Counted from the stretch's first letter, positions 9,801 through 20,646 are shown. The stretch is DNA of 64,000 bases from Myxococcota bacterium (GCA_036229005.1 JAZAMN010000048.1:1-64000); one strand, 5' to 3'. Made by a program: numbers and translations. The notes: generated from the sequence alone by a model not told the origin.

Positions 9801-10170
9801 CCCCGTGCAGCACCTCGAACAGGGTCTGGCCCCCCAGCCGCCCGCGCAGCCCGGTCAGGCTGCCCCCCGGCATGAACTCCATCACCAGATAGGGCGCCCC
9901 CGCGCGCACCAGCGGCCCCAGCTCGTGCCCGGCCTTGACCACGCCCTGGTCCAGCAGCCGGACGATGTTGGGGTGGCTCAGCCGCCCCGCCGCCCGCGCC
10001 TCGATTCGGAAGGCCGCCAGCCGGTCGGGATCCGGCTCCTCCTCCCCGGTGAGCACCTTGATGGCAAGGGGCAGCCCCGTGGTTGGCTCCCGCGCGCGCC
10101 AGACCACGGCGCTCGCGCCGGCGCCGACCTGGGCGATGAGTTCGTAGGGACCAAGGTGCACGGGGACCAA
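6883..10170 (-). CDS. Ser/Thr protein kinase - AAA/STAND-like - TPR protein
   Basis: HRDVKPAN, DFG and GTPNYMPPE kinase motifs; central NTPase-like region; helical TPR-like C-terminus. Confidence 0.85.
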   Translation of the reverse strand: MVPVHLGPYELIAQVGAGASAVVWRAREPTTGLPLAIKVLTGEEEPDPDRLAAFRIEARAAGRLSHPNIVRLLDQGVVKAGHELGPLVRAGAPYLVMEFMPGGSLTGLRGRLGGQTLFEVLHGALAALAHAHAHGLIHRDVKPANFMFAGDGRVCLGDFGLAWRSSNMLGNSGLAGTPNYMPPEQIRVEVLGPPADLYALGATTWRLVTGHAPFGGRSVDEALDAHLHEELPPFRPVVPVPPHLEAWLRIMLAKDPLQRFQRAADAAASLEEVRMGRSPRLGATPVFQGAAWREEPAQPLPAGVGLGVLRIRQLPQVGRDAERREVWSELGAVHAERRPRMVALEGSEGLGAERLADWLMRRAEERGLGLALQVRHAPERARSHGFSGMLARHFGLLPLPREERRAQLTRALRGIALQSEVSTVARLLGPAWLGEDTTLASPEERGVTIARVLTALCRERPVILMLESLQWGGGTLAELQQVLRLAPKLPMLLVGTYDAQLLGRSPVARELLSQLLAALPGGRLEIHPLTSQEQGAFLRQLVGLEPELVDHLSLRVEGHPDFALEIVGDWAARGLLEPGPRGLRLREGVLPELPDTVHLAFMRRLKPVLESSRGLSLMAAAVLGEEVSVREMRRICLSLGAPFDPQQDVEVYTRLELAFPEPASGAKVWRFAHPLLRESLLRVVRETGQWKRLHQACADMLARKSSLQNRERCAHHLEQAGRTEQAVAAYVALTHSYLQVGDRVPAERLIHRLELLRRGRPDAPVWVRHDLHRAWLGWSRGMANTGPIVRSAERRARALEDKTLLAEILLSDVSRRMEVIPDEVPGVLDECDRLVRSLGRVDLKLRLTARVARWLGRQGAHEAAVVQIQRRLARLPETLDPQEQVWRLQLERTLGWSLVHLGRGAEAKELLEGQLELYRRQGNRLRCVHILNTLGEGARSEGDLSGARRLYLEALQIGESVGVEQLVAYPELNLGLVELSAGALEAADRHLERANLMLRRLNRPTALVVVSLALATLAMHRDDRAGLARHLDRAEQQAPRLSEADPDLGLLGQALVRGCHLRGWQSEQERTLGVVGAPMKDLGMLDELEALRALV

Positions 10171-10171
10171 G

Positions 10172-10894
10172 CTACTTGAGGGCCTGGGCGATCGCTCTCA
10201 CACAGCCCTGTACTCCCAACGCCTCCGTATCCAGCGTCCTGTGCGCCTGACCGTACAGCGGCGCCCGGCGCTCCAGGATGCGCTGCAGCTCCGCCAAGGG
10301 GTCCGCCCACCCCGACATCGGCCGCAGGTCCCCCTGCTGCCGCACCCGCTCCAGGTGGGCCTCTGGCGACGCCTGCAGCCACACCACCTCGGCCCCGCCC
10401 AGCAGCATCCGCCAGGCGACCTCCTCCAGCACAAGGCTCCCGCCAACCTCGACGATCGCCGGCCCGCTGTGGTCCAGCACTTGTCGCACCGCGCCCTCCG
10501 CCTGCGCCCGGTAGCCCTCGGGCCCCTGGAACTCGAACAGGTCCCCCAGCCGCATGCCCGCCCGCTCCTCGATCACCTGGTCCAAGGACACAAAGGGCCA
10601 CCCCAGCGCCTCCGAGAGCGCGGCCCCCACGCTGCTCTTGCCGGCCCCGCGCAGCCCCACCAGCGCGACCTTCGCCGGCGCGTCGAGATCCGCGAGCAGC
10701 TCCGAGAGCGGCATCTCCAGCGCCCCGGCGAGATCCAGCAGCCGCTGCAGGCTGGGGTTGGCGTCCCCCCGCTCGAGCTGCACCAGAAAGCGCGGCGACA
10801 GCCCGGCGCGCTCGCAGAGCTGCTTCTGTGACCAATCCCGACTGGTCCTCAGGCGACGGACCCGACGGCCCAGGATCTGATGGGGAGAGCGCAT
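10172..10894 (-). CDS. boxR: BzdR/BoxR-type regulator (XRE HTH plus shikimate-kinase-like domain)
   Basis: N-terminal HTH (SPRFLVQLERGDANPS), GLRGAGKSS, RVRQQGDLRPM. Divergent from boxC. Confidence 0.85.
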   Translation of the reverse strand: MRSPHQILGRRVRRLRTSRDWSQKQLCERAGLSPRFLVQLERGDANPSLQRLLDLAGALEMPLSELLADLDAPAKVALVGLRGAGKSSVGAALSEALGWPFVSLDQVIEERAGMRLGDLFEFQGPEGYRAQAEGAVRQVLDHSGPAIVEVGGSLVLEEVAWRMLLGGAEVVWLQASPEAHLERVRQQGDLRPMSGWADPLAELQRILERRAPLYGQAHRTLDTEALGVQGCVRAIAQALK

Positions 10895-10897
10895 GCC

Positions 10898-10911
10898 TGC
10901 ACTATAGTGCA
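10898..10911. promoter_or_regulatory. Perfect palindrome TGCACTATAGTGCA, probable BoxR operator
   Basis: TGCA-N6-TGCA between divergent boxR and boxC. TGCA repeats are typical of BzdR-family operators. Confidence 0.75.
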
Positions 10912-10923
10912 TTCATGTTGCCC

Positions 10924-10951
10924 TTGAAACCCTGACCTGGCGCACTATACT
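10924..10951 (+). promoter_or_regulatory. Sigma70-type promoter for boxCB
   Basis: TTGAAA (10924) - 16 nt - TATACT (10946). Overlapped by a degenerate operator copy GCACTATA. Confidence 0.6.
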
Positions 10952-10983
10952 TCCCATCCCGTAGCAGACAGGATTGATGCCCG

Positions 10984-12654
10984 ATGGCCGATGTGACCTC
11001 CGAACCCCGCGTCTCCTTCGACACCACCCCCTACCAGTGGACCCACTGGAAGCTGGACCTGGACGGCGAGAAGGCCACCATGACCATGGAGATCCAGGAG
11101 GACGGCGGCCTGCGCCCCGGGTACGAGCTCAAGCTCAACTCCTACGATCTGGGCGTGGACATCGAGCTCTACGACGTGCTCCAGCACCTCCGCTTCGAGC
11201 ACCCCGAGGTCCGCGTCGTCACCGTCACCAGCGGCCTGGACCGGGTCTTCTGCTCTGGCGCGAACATCTACATGCTCGCCAGCTCCTCCCACCCCTTCAA
11301 GGTGAACTTCTGCAAGTACACCAACGAGACCCGCTGCTCGATGGAGGAGCCCGAGTCCCCCCGCTTCATCGCGGCCCTCAACGGCGCCTGCGCCGGCGGC
11401 GGCTACGAGCTGGCCATGGCCTGCGACGAGATCTACCTGGTCGATGACGGCAGCTCCGCCGTCTCCCTCCCCGAGGTCCCCCTCCTGGGCGTCCTCCCCG
11501 GCACCGGCGGCCTGACCCGCCTCACCGACAAGCGCAAGGTGCGCCGCGACCTCTGCGACGTCTTCTGCACCAAGGCCGAGGGATTCCGCGCCAAGCAGGC
11601 CGTGCGCGGCCGCTTCATCGACGGCAGCTTCCCCCGCTCCAAGTGGGCGGACGGCATCGCCCAGGCCGCCGACAACGCCCTGTCCTCGCTTGGGGAGCGG
11701 GCCCCCGCCAAGGGGATCTCCTGGGACAAGCTCAAGGTCCAGGAGGGTGAGGACGGATCGCTCCACTACAAGCACCTCTCCCTCACCTTCGACAACGACC
11801 AGCGCATCGCCACCCTCGAGCTTCGGGCCCCAAGCGAGGTCCCCCCGACCGACGCCGCCGCCCTGCACGCTCTGGGCGTGGACGCCTGGTCCCTGGCCGC
11901 CTTCCGCGAGCTGGAGCACGCCATCTTCGAGCTGCGCTTCAACCACCAGCAGCTCGGCCTCATCCTGCTCAAGACCTCCGGCGACGCCGACAAGGTCCTG
12001 GCCTGGGACGAGAAGCTCGCTGAGCTGGCGGACGCCGGTGACTGGCTCGCCATCCAGACCCGCGCCTTCCAGCGCCGCACCCTGGGCCGCGTGGACAACA
12101 TGTCCCGCTCCATGTTCGCTCTGCTGGAGGAGGACCACGCCTTCTCCGGCATCCTCTTCGAGCTCGCCCTGGCGGCCGACCGCTCCTACATGTTCCTGGA
12201 CGACGACGGCGAGAACAGCCTGTCCCTGAGCGTGGCCAACGGCAGCGTCGCAGGCGGCGGCCCCTTCCCCATGGCCAACGGCCGCACCCGCTTGGAGAAC
12301 CGCTTCTACGGCGAGCCCGAGAAGGTCGCCGAGCTGCTGGGCGCCGAGCGCTCCTTCGACGCCGAGGAGGCCGAGGAGCTGGGCCTGGTCACCCTGAGCC
12401 TGGACGACATCGACTACGAGGACGAGGTGCGCATCGCCATCGAGGAGCGCGCCTCCCTGAGCCCCGACGCCCTGACCGGCATGGAGCAGAACCTGCGCCA
12501 GGCCGGCTCCGAGGGCAGCGAGGGCCGCATCTACGGCCGCCTGAGCGCCTGGCAGAACTGGATCTTCCAGCGCCCCAACGCCGTCGGTGAGCAGGGCGCC
12601 CTGACCCTCTACGGTCAGCCCGAGCGCCCCGACTTCGACTTCCGCCGCACCTGA
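10984..12654 (+). CDS. boxC: 2,3-epoxybenzoyl-CoA dihydrolase BoxC
   Basis: LKLNSYDLGVDIEL, FCSGANIYML, NFCKYTNETR and GRLSAWQNWIFQRPNAVG motifs. Confidence 0.95.
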   Translation: MADVTSEPRVSFDTTPYQWTHWKLDLDGEKATMTMEIQEDGGLRPGYELKLNSYDLGVDIELYDVLQHLRFEHPEVRVVTVTSGLDRVFCSGANIYMLASSSHPFKVNFCKYTNETRCSMEEPESPRFIAALNGACAGGGYELAMACDEIYLVDDGSSAVSLPEVPLLGVLPGTGGLTRLTDKRKVRRDLCDVFCTKAEGFRAKQAVRGRFIDGSFPRSKWADGIAQAADNALSSLGERAPAKGISWDKLKVQEGEDGSLHYKHLSLTFDNDQRIATLELRAPSEVPPTDAAALHALGVDAWSLAAFRELEHAIFELRFNHQQLGLILLKTSGDADKVLAWDEKLAELADAGDWLAIQTRAFQRRTLGRVDNMSRSMFALLEEDHAFSGILFELALAADRSYMFLDDDGENSLSLSVANGSVAGGGPFPMANGRTRLENRFYGEPEKVAELLGAERSFDAEEAEELGLVTLSLDDIDYEDEVRIAIEERASLSPDALTGMEQNLRQAGSEGSEGRIYGRLSAWQNWIFQRPNAVGEQGALTLYGQPERPDFDFRRT

Positions 12655-12708
12655 GCCGACCGGCCCTCACGGCCCCCCTTCCCTGGACCCCGCACCCTGG
12701 AGCCCCCC

Positions 12709-14124
<1,416 letters not shown>

Positions 14125-14139
14125 TGGGCCAAGGGGCGT

Positions 14140-14799
14140 TCAGCGCTTGAGCGTCCCCTTCCCTGTCGCGTCCAGCCAGGCCGTGTCCAGCGAGATGCTG
14201 AGCACGGCCTGTTCCATGTCGGTCCACTGCAGCGTGGCCGCCGCCCCGGTGTCCCAACCCTCGCTGCTCTCGATGATCAGCGTGCCGGACCAGGCGTCGA
14301 GCTCCCACAGGTAGGGGTCGTCGGGGGTCATCGTCAGGGTGGCCCCCAGCAGCTTGCGCCCCCAGGAGTCGTCGGCCGGGATCTCGCAGACCACCTGCAG
14401 CTCGAAGTCGATCAGCGCCCGCTCCATCGTCGCCGGACACTGCAGCTCGAAGTCGTAGGGGGTGTTCTCGAACCAGCCGCGGGCGGAGATCGGGATCGTC
14501 GCGCTGTAGCTGCCCTGGGCGTCCACCACCCCATCGCAGTCGTTGTCGGTGCCGTCAAAGACCTCGTCTGCGCCCGGGTTCACATCCGGGTCCCGGTCAT
14601 CACAGTCGACCTCGGAGGTGTAGGAGTCCTCGTCGCGATCCCAGGGTCCCGTGTCCACCTCTCCGCTGTCCGTCTGCCCCGAATCCTCGCCGATCGAGTC
14701 CGCAAGCGAGGTGCTGTCGTCCGTCTCCCGATCGGGAATGTCAGGCTTGGAACAGGCGATGGCGAGCAGGGCAAACATGCCCCAGCAAAGCGCATTCAC
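14140..14799 (-). CDS. Lipoprotein with putative metal-binding motif (DCDD...DNDCDG)
   Basis: LAIAC lipobox and DCDDRDPDVNPGADEVFDGTDNDCDG. Confidence 0.75.
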   Translation of the reverse strand: MNALCWGMFALLAIACSKPDIPDRETDDSTSLADSIGEDSGQTDSGEVDTGPWDRDEDSYTSEVDCDDRDPDVNPGADEVFDGTDNDCDGVVDAQGSYSATIPISARGWFENTPYDFELQCPATMERALIDFELQVVCEIPADDSWGRKLLGATLTMTPDDPYLWELDAWSGTLIIESSEGWDTGAAATLQWTDMEQAVLSISLDTAWLDATGKGTLKR

Positions 14800-14908
14800 G
14801 GGCTGTCGTCCACCCTGGCCGGAAATGAAGCGAAATCAGACGAAAGAAGGTGTAGGTGCCGGCCGATGTTTTTTGGGACAAGTTGTCTCTGTCTAATAGG
14901 ACCCACTT

Positions 14909-15277
14909 GTGGCTGATCCGCGAAAGCACATCTTGGTTGTCGATGACGAGGGCGTGGTCCTCAAGACCCTGCTGCGTCTGCTGTCCAAGGACTACGAGGT
15001 CCACGGCGCCGAGAGCCTCGAGGGCGCGCGCGCACACCTGAGCACCCAGAGGCCCGCCGCGCTGCTCTTCGACCTGCACCTCAAGGATGCCGGGCCGGAC
15101 GCGATCCTGGAGACCCTCGCGGAGTTCCAGCTCCAGGACTGCACGGTGTTCATGTCCGGGGGTCGCATGGGGACCGAAGACGACAGCTCCTTCTCCGAGC
15201 TCCCCGGCCCCCTGCTGAGCAAGCCCTTCAACCCGGTCCAGCTCCGCCAGCTCCTCCGCGGGGTCATCGAGTCCTGA
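14909..15277 (+). CDS. Single-domain response regulator
   Basis: ILVVDDE, LLFDLHL, FMSG and LSKPF receiver motifs. Confidence 0.85.
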   Translation: MADPRKHILVVDDEGVVLKTLLRLLSKDYEVHGAESLEGARAHLSTQRPAALLFDLHLKDAGPDAILETLAEFQLQDCTVFMSGGRMGTEDDSSFSELPGPLLSKPFNPVQLRQLLRGVIES

Positions 15278-15295
15278 GCAGGTTAGCCTTCGGCG

Positions 15296-15814
15296 ATGCC
15301 CGACCGCTTGATCCTGGACTTCGACCTCAACGGCAGCCCCGTCAGCGCCCTGGCGCCGGCCAACCGCAGCCTGCTGGACCTGCTGCGCGAAGACCTGGGA
15401 CACACCGGCTCCAAGCACGGCTGTGACATCGGGGACTGCGGCGCCTGCACGGTGCTCCTGGACGGCAAGCCTGTGCTCGCCTGCATCACGCTGGCCGCCA
15501 GCGCCCAGGGCCGCCAGGTCCGCACCATCGAGGGCGTCGGTGTGCCCGAGCCCAGCGTGCTCCAGCAGTGCTTCCACGAGCACGTCGCCTCCCAGTGCGG
15601 CTTCTGCACTCCGGGAATCATCATGGTGCTGGAGGCCCTCTTCGAGGCGGATCCCGACCCCAGCGAGCCGGCCATGCGGGAGGCCCTGGGCGCCAACATC
15701 TGCCGCTGCACCGGCTACACCAAGATCCTCTCGGCGGCCATCGACGCCCGCGAGCGGCTCAACGGTCGCCCCCCAAAGCCCCCTGTGCCCACCTTCGCCG
15801 CGGAGATGGAGTGA
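15296..15814 (+). CDS. hcrC: [2Fe-2S] subunit, xanthine dehydrogenase family (HcrC-like)
   Basis: GCDIGDCGACTV, QCGFCTPG and NICRCTGY motifs. Confidence 0.75.
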   Translation: MPDRLILDFDLNGSPVSALAPANRSLLDLLREDLGHTGSKHGCDIGDCGACTVLLDGKPVLACITLAASAQGRQVRTIEGVGVPEPSVLQQCFHEHVASQCGFCTPGIIMVLEALFEADPDPSEPAMREALGANICRCTGYTKILSAAIDARERLNGRPPKPPVPTFAAEME

Positions 15815-18129
15815 GCGTCACCCACCACGGCAAGGTCGACGGCCTGGACAAGATCACCGGCCGCGCCCAGTTCACCGATGACCTGAGCCGCCCCGGGATG
15901 CTGCACGGCGCCTTCCTGCGCAGCCCGCACCCCCACGCCCGCATCCGCAGCATCGACACCAGCGCCGCCCTGGCCATGCCCGGCGTCCACGCGGTGATCA
16001 CCGGCGCCGATCTGCCCATGAACTACGGCGTCATCCCCGTCGCCATGGACGAGCACGCGCTGGCCATCGACAAGGTCCGGTTCGTGGGGGAGGAGATCGC
16101 CTGTGTCGCAGCGATCGACCGCACCACCGCCCTGGCCGCCGCCAGGGCCATCGTCGTCGACTACGACATCCTGCAACCCGTGCTCACCGTCGAGGACGCA
16201 CTGTCCAAGGACGCGCCGCTGATCCACGAGGGCCGCCGCAAGGCCTCCAACGTGCTGCGCCGCGTTCGCCAGCGCTACGGGGACGCCGATGCCGGCTTCG
16301 AGGCCGCCGACATCGTGCTGGAGGCCGACTACGACTACCCCGGGTCCACCCACGTGGCCCTGGAGACCCAAGTCGCGCTGGCCGAGATCAGCTCCGAGGG
16401 GCTGCTCACCCTGACCAGCTCCACGCAGATCCCGCACTACCTGCACCGCATCCTGGCGCGCGTGCTGGAGCGCCGGCCCCAGAGCATCCGGGTGGTCAAG
16501 CCCCACATGGGCGCCGGCTACGGCGGCAAGTCCGACCCCTTCGCCAACGAGCTCTGCGCCGCCGCCCTGGCCATCAAGACCGGCCGGCCCGTCAAGATCA
16601 TCCTGGACCGGGAGGAGGTCTTCTACGCGCACCGGGGCCGTCACCGCACCAAGATGTCCCTCAAGATGGGGGTCACCCAGGACGGCCGCATCACCGCCGC
16701 CGACTTCCAGGCCTGGGCCGAGGGCGGCGCCTACGCCAGCTACGGCGTCGTGACCGCCTACTACTTCGGCGTCTTCCTGCCGCTGCCCTACATCCTGGAC
16801 GACTGGCGCTTCACCAGCCACCGCTGCTACACCAACCACCCGCCCTGCGGGCCCAAGCGCGGCCACGGCGCCATCCAGCCCCGCTTTGCCCTGGAGCAGC
16901 ACCTGGACCGGCTGGCCCTCGCCATTGGCATGTCCCCCGCCGAGCTGCGCAAGCGCAACAGCGTCCAGCCGGACACCGAGACCTCCAACGGGCTGCGCAT
17001 CACCTCGGTCGCGCTCAACGAGTGCATCGACGCCGTCGTCAAGGCCAGCGGCTTCGACGACAAGTGGGGCAAGCTGCCCCCCGGGCGCGGCATCGGCATC
17101 GCCGCGAGCGCCTACATGTGTGGCGCGCTGCACCCCATCTACGCCAGCGAGGCCCCCCAGTCGGCCGTCCAGATCTGCGGCGACCGCAGCGGGCGCATCG
17201 CGATCTACTCGGGCACCTCGGACATCGGGCAGGGCAGCAACCACATGCTGGCCAAGATCGTGGCCGACACCTTCGACATCGACCCCGTCGACTGCCGGGT
17301 GTGGGAGGCCGACACCGACTTCACCCCGGTGGACATGGGCTCCTACAGCTCCCGGGTCACCTTCTTCGCGGGGAACGCGGCCCTGCGGGCGGCCGAGCAG
17401 CTCCGGGACACCATCGTGACCGCCCTCTGCGCCCACTGGGAGTGCCAGGACATCCGCTTCAAGGGCGGCGAGGTCTTCTCGGTGGGGCGGGCCGACGAGG
17501 AGCGCTCCTGCAGCTTCGCCCAGGCCCTCACCTGGGCCGAGGAGAGCGCGGGCACCCTGGCCTTCGTGGGCCACTACACGCCGCCCAAGATCGGCAACCG
17601 CTTCCGCCGCCAGTCCGTGGGCCCCAGCCCCGCCTACTCCTTCACGGCCCAGGTCGCGGAGGTCGAGGTCGACCCCGACACCGGCGAGGTCCGCGTGCTC
17701 GAGATCTGGTGCGCCCACGACGCCGGCAAGGCCCTGAACCCCGTCATCGTGGAGGGCCAGCTCGAGGGCTGCGTCTACATGGGTGTGGGGGAGGCGCTCA
17801 TGGAGCACCACGAGTTCACCGGGCCCATGGGCCGCGGCCGCAGCCTGCACCGCAGCCCCTCCATCCTGGAGTACAAGATCCCCACCATCCACGAGACGCC
17901 GACCATCCACAGCATCATCGTGGAGTCCAACGACGCCGAAGGTCCCCGCGGCGCCAAGGAGGCCGGCGAGGGCCCCCAGCTCCCCACCGTCCCGGCCATC
18001 GCCAACGCCATCCACGACGCCGTGGGTGTGCGCCTGGAGACCGCCCCCTTCACCCCGGACCGGGTGCTCAGCGCGATCGAGCGCCAGCGCCGCGCCCAGG
18101 CCCGCAAGGCCGACCAGGGGAGCGTCTGA
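15811..18129 (+). CDS. hcrA: Molybdopterin subunit, 4-hydroxybenzoyl-CoA reductase alpha-like
   Basis: XDH-family fold motifs plus RGHG, GSYSSRVT and AKEAGEG, which resemble HcrA. GTG start overlaps the upstream stop. Confidence 0.7.
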   Translation: MSVTHHGKVDGLDKITGRAQFTDDLSRPGMLHGAFLRSPHPHARIRSIDTSAALAMPGVHAVITGADLPMNYGVIPVAMDEHALAIDKVRFVGEEIACVAAIDRTTALAAARAIVVDYDILQPVLTVEDALSKDAPLIHEGRRKASNVLRRVRQRYGDADAGFEAADIVLEADYDYPGSTHVALETQVALAEISSEGLLTLTSSTQIPHYLHRILARVLERRPQSIRVVKPHMGAGYGGKSDPFANELCAAALAIKTGRPVKIILDREEVFYAHRGRHRTKMSLKMGVTQDGRITAADFQAWAEGGAYASYGVVTAYYFGVFLPLPYILDDWRFTSHRCYTNHPPCGPKRGHGAIQPRFALEQHLDRLALAIGMSPAELRKRNSVQPDTETSNGLRITSVALNECIDAVVKASGFDDKWGKLPPGRGIGIAASAYMCGALHPIYASEAPQSAVQICGDRSGRIAIYSGTSDIGQGSNHMLAKIVADTFDIDPVDCRVWEADTDFTPVDMGSYSSRVTFFAGNAALRAAEQLRDTIVTALCAHWECQDIRFKGGEVFSVGRADEERSCSFAQALTWAEESAGTLAFVGHYTPPKIGNRFRRQSVGPSPAYSFTAQVAEVEVDPDTGEVRVLEIWCAHDAGKALNPVIVEGQLEGCVYMGVGEALMEHHEFTGPMGRGRSLHRSPSILEYKIPTIHETPTIHSIIVESNDAEGPRGAKEAGEGPQLPTVPAIANAIHDAVGVRLETAPFTPDRVLSAIERQRRAQARKADQGSV

Positions 18130-19100
18130 TGCTGCCGCTGCCCACCTTCTCCCTGCTGCACCCCGAGCGCGTGGATCAGGCCCTGGAGATGTTCCAGGCC
18201 CACACCCAGGCCCGCTACGTGGCCGGCGGCACCGACCTGCTTCCCTCCATGAAGCAGGGCCTGTTCTCGCCCCCAACCCTCATCAGCCTGGAGCGCCTCT
18301 CCGAGCTGCGCGGCGTGAGCGTCCAGGACGGGCTGCTGCGCGTGGGCGCGATGACCTCGCTGGCGGAGCTGGCTGCGTCCCCGCTCGTACAGCAGGCGGC
18401 CCCGGGGTTGGTCCAGGCAGCCCGAGGCATCGCCACCCCCACCCTCCAGAACATGGGCACCATCGGCGGCAACCTGCTGCTGGACACCCGCTGCCGCTTC
18501 TACAACCAGAGCGTGTTCTGGCGCGGCGCCCTGGGAGAGGGCACCCAGTCCGGCTGCCTCAAGTGCGACCCCCAGGGCATCTGCCACGTCGCGCCCAAGG
18601 GCACCGGCTGCTACGCCGCGCACTCCGCCGACACCGTGCCCACGCTCATGCTGCTGGACGCCCAGGTCGAGATCGCCACGCCCGGTCGGGGCCGGCAGCG
18701 GGTGTCCGTCTCCGAGCTCTACGGCCCCGATGGACGCGAAGGCGGCGCGGACGGTCGCCTGCAGCTCCCCCCGGGTGCCCTGTTGGTGGCCCTCTGGCTG
18801 CCCCAGGACCAGCCCGCCACGGTGCACCGCAAGCTGCGCACCCGCGCCGCGATCGACTACGCGCTGTTGATCGTGGCTGCCGGCCCGCAGGGGGTGGTCG
18901 TCTCGGCCGTCGGCCCCCAGCCTCAGCGCATCACCGGCGTCGACCAGGCCCTGGCTGATGGAGACCACGAGGCCGTCGCGGAGGCCGCCAGCAAGCAGAT
19001 CCAGCCCCTGAGCACGCACATCCCGCCCGTCCCTTGGCGCAAGAAGATGGTGCGGGTGCTGGTGCGCCGCGCCCTGGAGGATCTCGCCGGAGGCACCTGA
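18129..19100 (+). CDS. hcrB: FAD subunit with [4Fe-4S] insert, HcrB-like
   Basis: AGGTDL and TIGGNL motifs; Cys-rich insert RCRFYNQS...CLKC...CHVAPKGTGCYA. Confidence 0.75.
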   Translation: MLPLPTFSLLHPERVDQALEMFQAHTQARYVAGGTDLLPSMKQGLFSPPTLISLERLSELRGVSVQDGLLRVGAMTSLAELAASPLVQQAAPGLVQAARGIATPTLQNMGTIGGNLLLDTRCRFYNQSVFWRGALGEGTQSGCLKCDPQGICHVAPKGTGCYAAHSADTVPTLMLLDAQVEIATPGRGRQRVSVSELYGPDGREGGADGRLQLPPGALLVALWLPQDQPATVHRKLRTRAAIDYALLIVAAGPQGVVVSAVGPQPQRITGVDQALADGDHEAVAEAASKQIQPLSTHIPPVPWRKKMVRVLVRRALEDLAGGT

Positions 19101-19195
19101 GCCAGCTCAGGACTCAAGCAACTACCGCCCGCCGCGCGCATCCGATATCGTGCGCGACGCCAACCCCCGCGGCCCTGTCCGCCAAGGAGCAAAGC

Positions 19196-19795
19196 ATGAA
19201 CGCCTCCAAGACCCTGGCCATCGCGGCCCTCTCTGGATTGCTCGCCGGCGCCGTCGCCTGCGGTGACAGCGAGACCTCTGAGCCCGCTGCCAAGACCACC
19301 ACCGAGCAGCCCGCCGCCGTCGCCAAGACCGACGCGGAGCAGCCCGCCGCCATCCCCGAGCATGGCTGCCGCGGCATGAACGAGTGCAAGGGCCAGGGAG
19401 GCTGCCACGTCGAGGGCGCCAACTCCTGCGCCGGCGCCAACGAGTGCAAGGGCAAGGGCGGCTGCTGCACCATGAAGGACAAGTCGGCCTGCCCCGAAGA
19501 GGGTGAGGGTGCCATGGAGGCCGGCGAGGCCACCGAGGCCACCGAGGCTCCTGCCAAGGAGGCCGCGACCAAGTCGGCCACCACCAAGACCGCCCCCACC
19601 AGCACCGACGGCAACGCCCGCCGCGCCTCCGGCGACGCGCCCACCGTGGGCACCGAGAGCGGCGGCCGCCGTGGCTCCGGCAGCACCGAGACCACGACCA
19701 CCACCGAGGGTGGCCGCCGCGGCGCGACGACCGGCACCACCACCACCGAAGACGCCGGGACCACCTCCGGCGTGGGCAGCTCCTCCCGCAGGTGA
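19196..19795 (+). CDS. Cys-rich lipoprotein RiPP precursor (bufferin BufA2-like core)
   Basis: Lipobox AVAC (C22), two CxGxNECKGxGGC repeats, directly upstream of DUF692. Confidence 0.75.
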   Translation: MNASKTLAIAALSGLLAGAVACGDSETSEPAAKTTTEQPAAVAKTDAEQPAAIPEHGCRGMNECKGQGGCHVEGANSCAGANECKGKGGCCTMKDKSACPEEGEGAMEAGEATEATEAPAKEAATKSATTKTAPTSTDGNARRASGDAPTVGTESGGRRGSGSTETTTTTEGGRRGATTGTTTTEDAGTTSGVGSSSRR

Positions 19796-20646
19796 GCGGT
19801 CCCAAGCCCACCGGAGCCCGCTTTGACCTCCCCTACCTGGGGGTCGGAGTGGGCTTTCGCGTGCCCCACTACGGCCAGGTGGTGCGCGAGCGCCCGGAGA
19901 TGGACTGGTTCGAGGTCATCTCCGAGAACTTCATGGGCGACGGCGGCTCGCCCGCCTGGCACCTGGAGCGCCTGGCCGACGCCTACCCCGTGGTCTGTCA
20001 CGGCGTGAGCGCGAACCTGGGCGGCGCCGAGGACCCCGACCACACCCGCCGCCTGGCCCGCCTGGTGCAGCAGCTCGACCCGCCCTGGGTCAGCGACCAC
20101 CTCTGCTGGACCCGCGCGGACGGCGTGGCCTCGCACGACCTGCTCCCCCTGCCCTACGTGCCCGAGATCATCGAGCACGTCGCCGACCGCATCAAGGCCC
20201 TGCAGGACCGGCTGGGCCGGCCCTTTGCCGTCGAGAACCTCAGCTCCTACGCCACCTTCAAGGCCTCCCAGATGCCCGAGTGGGAGTTCCTGGGGCGCGT
20301 GGCCGAGCGCGCGGACTGCGCCATCCTGCTGGACGTGAACAACGTGTTCGTCAGCGCCTGCAACCACGGCTTCGACGGGCAGCGCTACCTGGACAACGTG
20401 CCCCTTGAGCGCGTCGTCCAGGTCCACCTGGCCGGGCACAGCGTCACCCCCACGCACCGCCTGGACACCCACGACCACCCCGTGTGCGACGAGGTCTGGG
20501 CCCTCTACGAGGCCCTGCTCCAGCGCCGGGGCCCGGTGACCACCCTGATCGAGTGGGACGCCAACATCCCCAGCTTCGAGCGCCTGCAGCAGGAGGCCGC
20601 CCAGGCCCGGGACCGCATCGCCGCCCTGGAGCCCCAGGATGTCTGA
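19792..20646 (+). CDS. MNIO / DUF692 multinuclear non-heme iron oxidase
   Basis: FEVISENF, SDHLCW, HDLLPLP, LLDVNN, HLAGH, DTHD and LIEWD motifs. Confidence 0.93.
   Translation: MSGPKPTGARFDLPYLGVGVGFRVPHYGQVVRERPEMDWFEVISENFMGDGGSPAWHLERLADAYPVVCHGVSANLGGAEDPDHTRRLARLVQQLDPPWVSDHLCWTRADGVASHDLLPLPYVPEIIEHVADRIKALQDRLGRPFAVENLSSYATFKASQMPEWEFLGRVAERADCAILLDVNNVFVSACNHGFDGQRYLDNVPLERVVQVHLAGHSVTPTHRLDTHDHPVCDEVWALYEALLQRRGPVTTLIEWDANIPSFERLQQEAAQARDRIAALEPQDV

Noticed and set aside
15568..15810. Upstream extension of the hcrA-like ORF, and the 17022 start for the FAD subunit
   Set aside because: Both overlap real genes in other frames. Coupled starts at 15811 and 18129 fit the domain boundaries.
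15715..18276. 853-aa minus-strand ORF
   Set aside because: Shadow of the hcrA-like gene.
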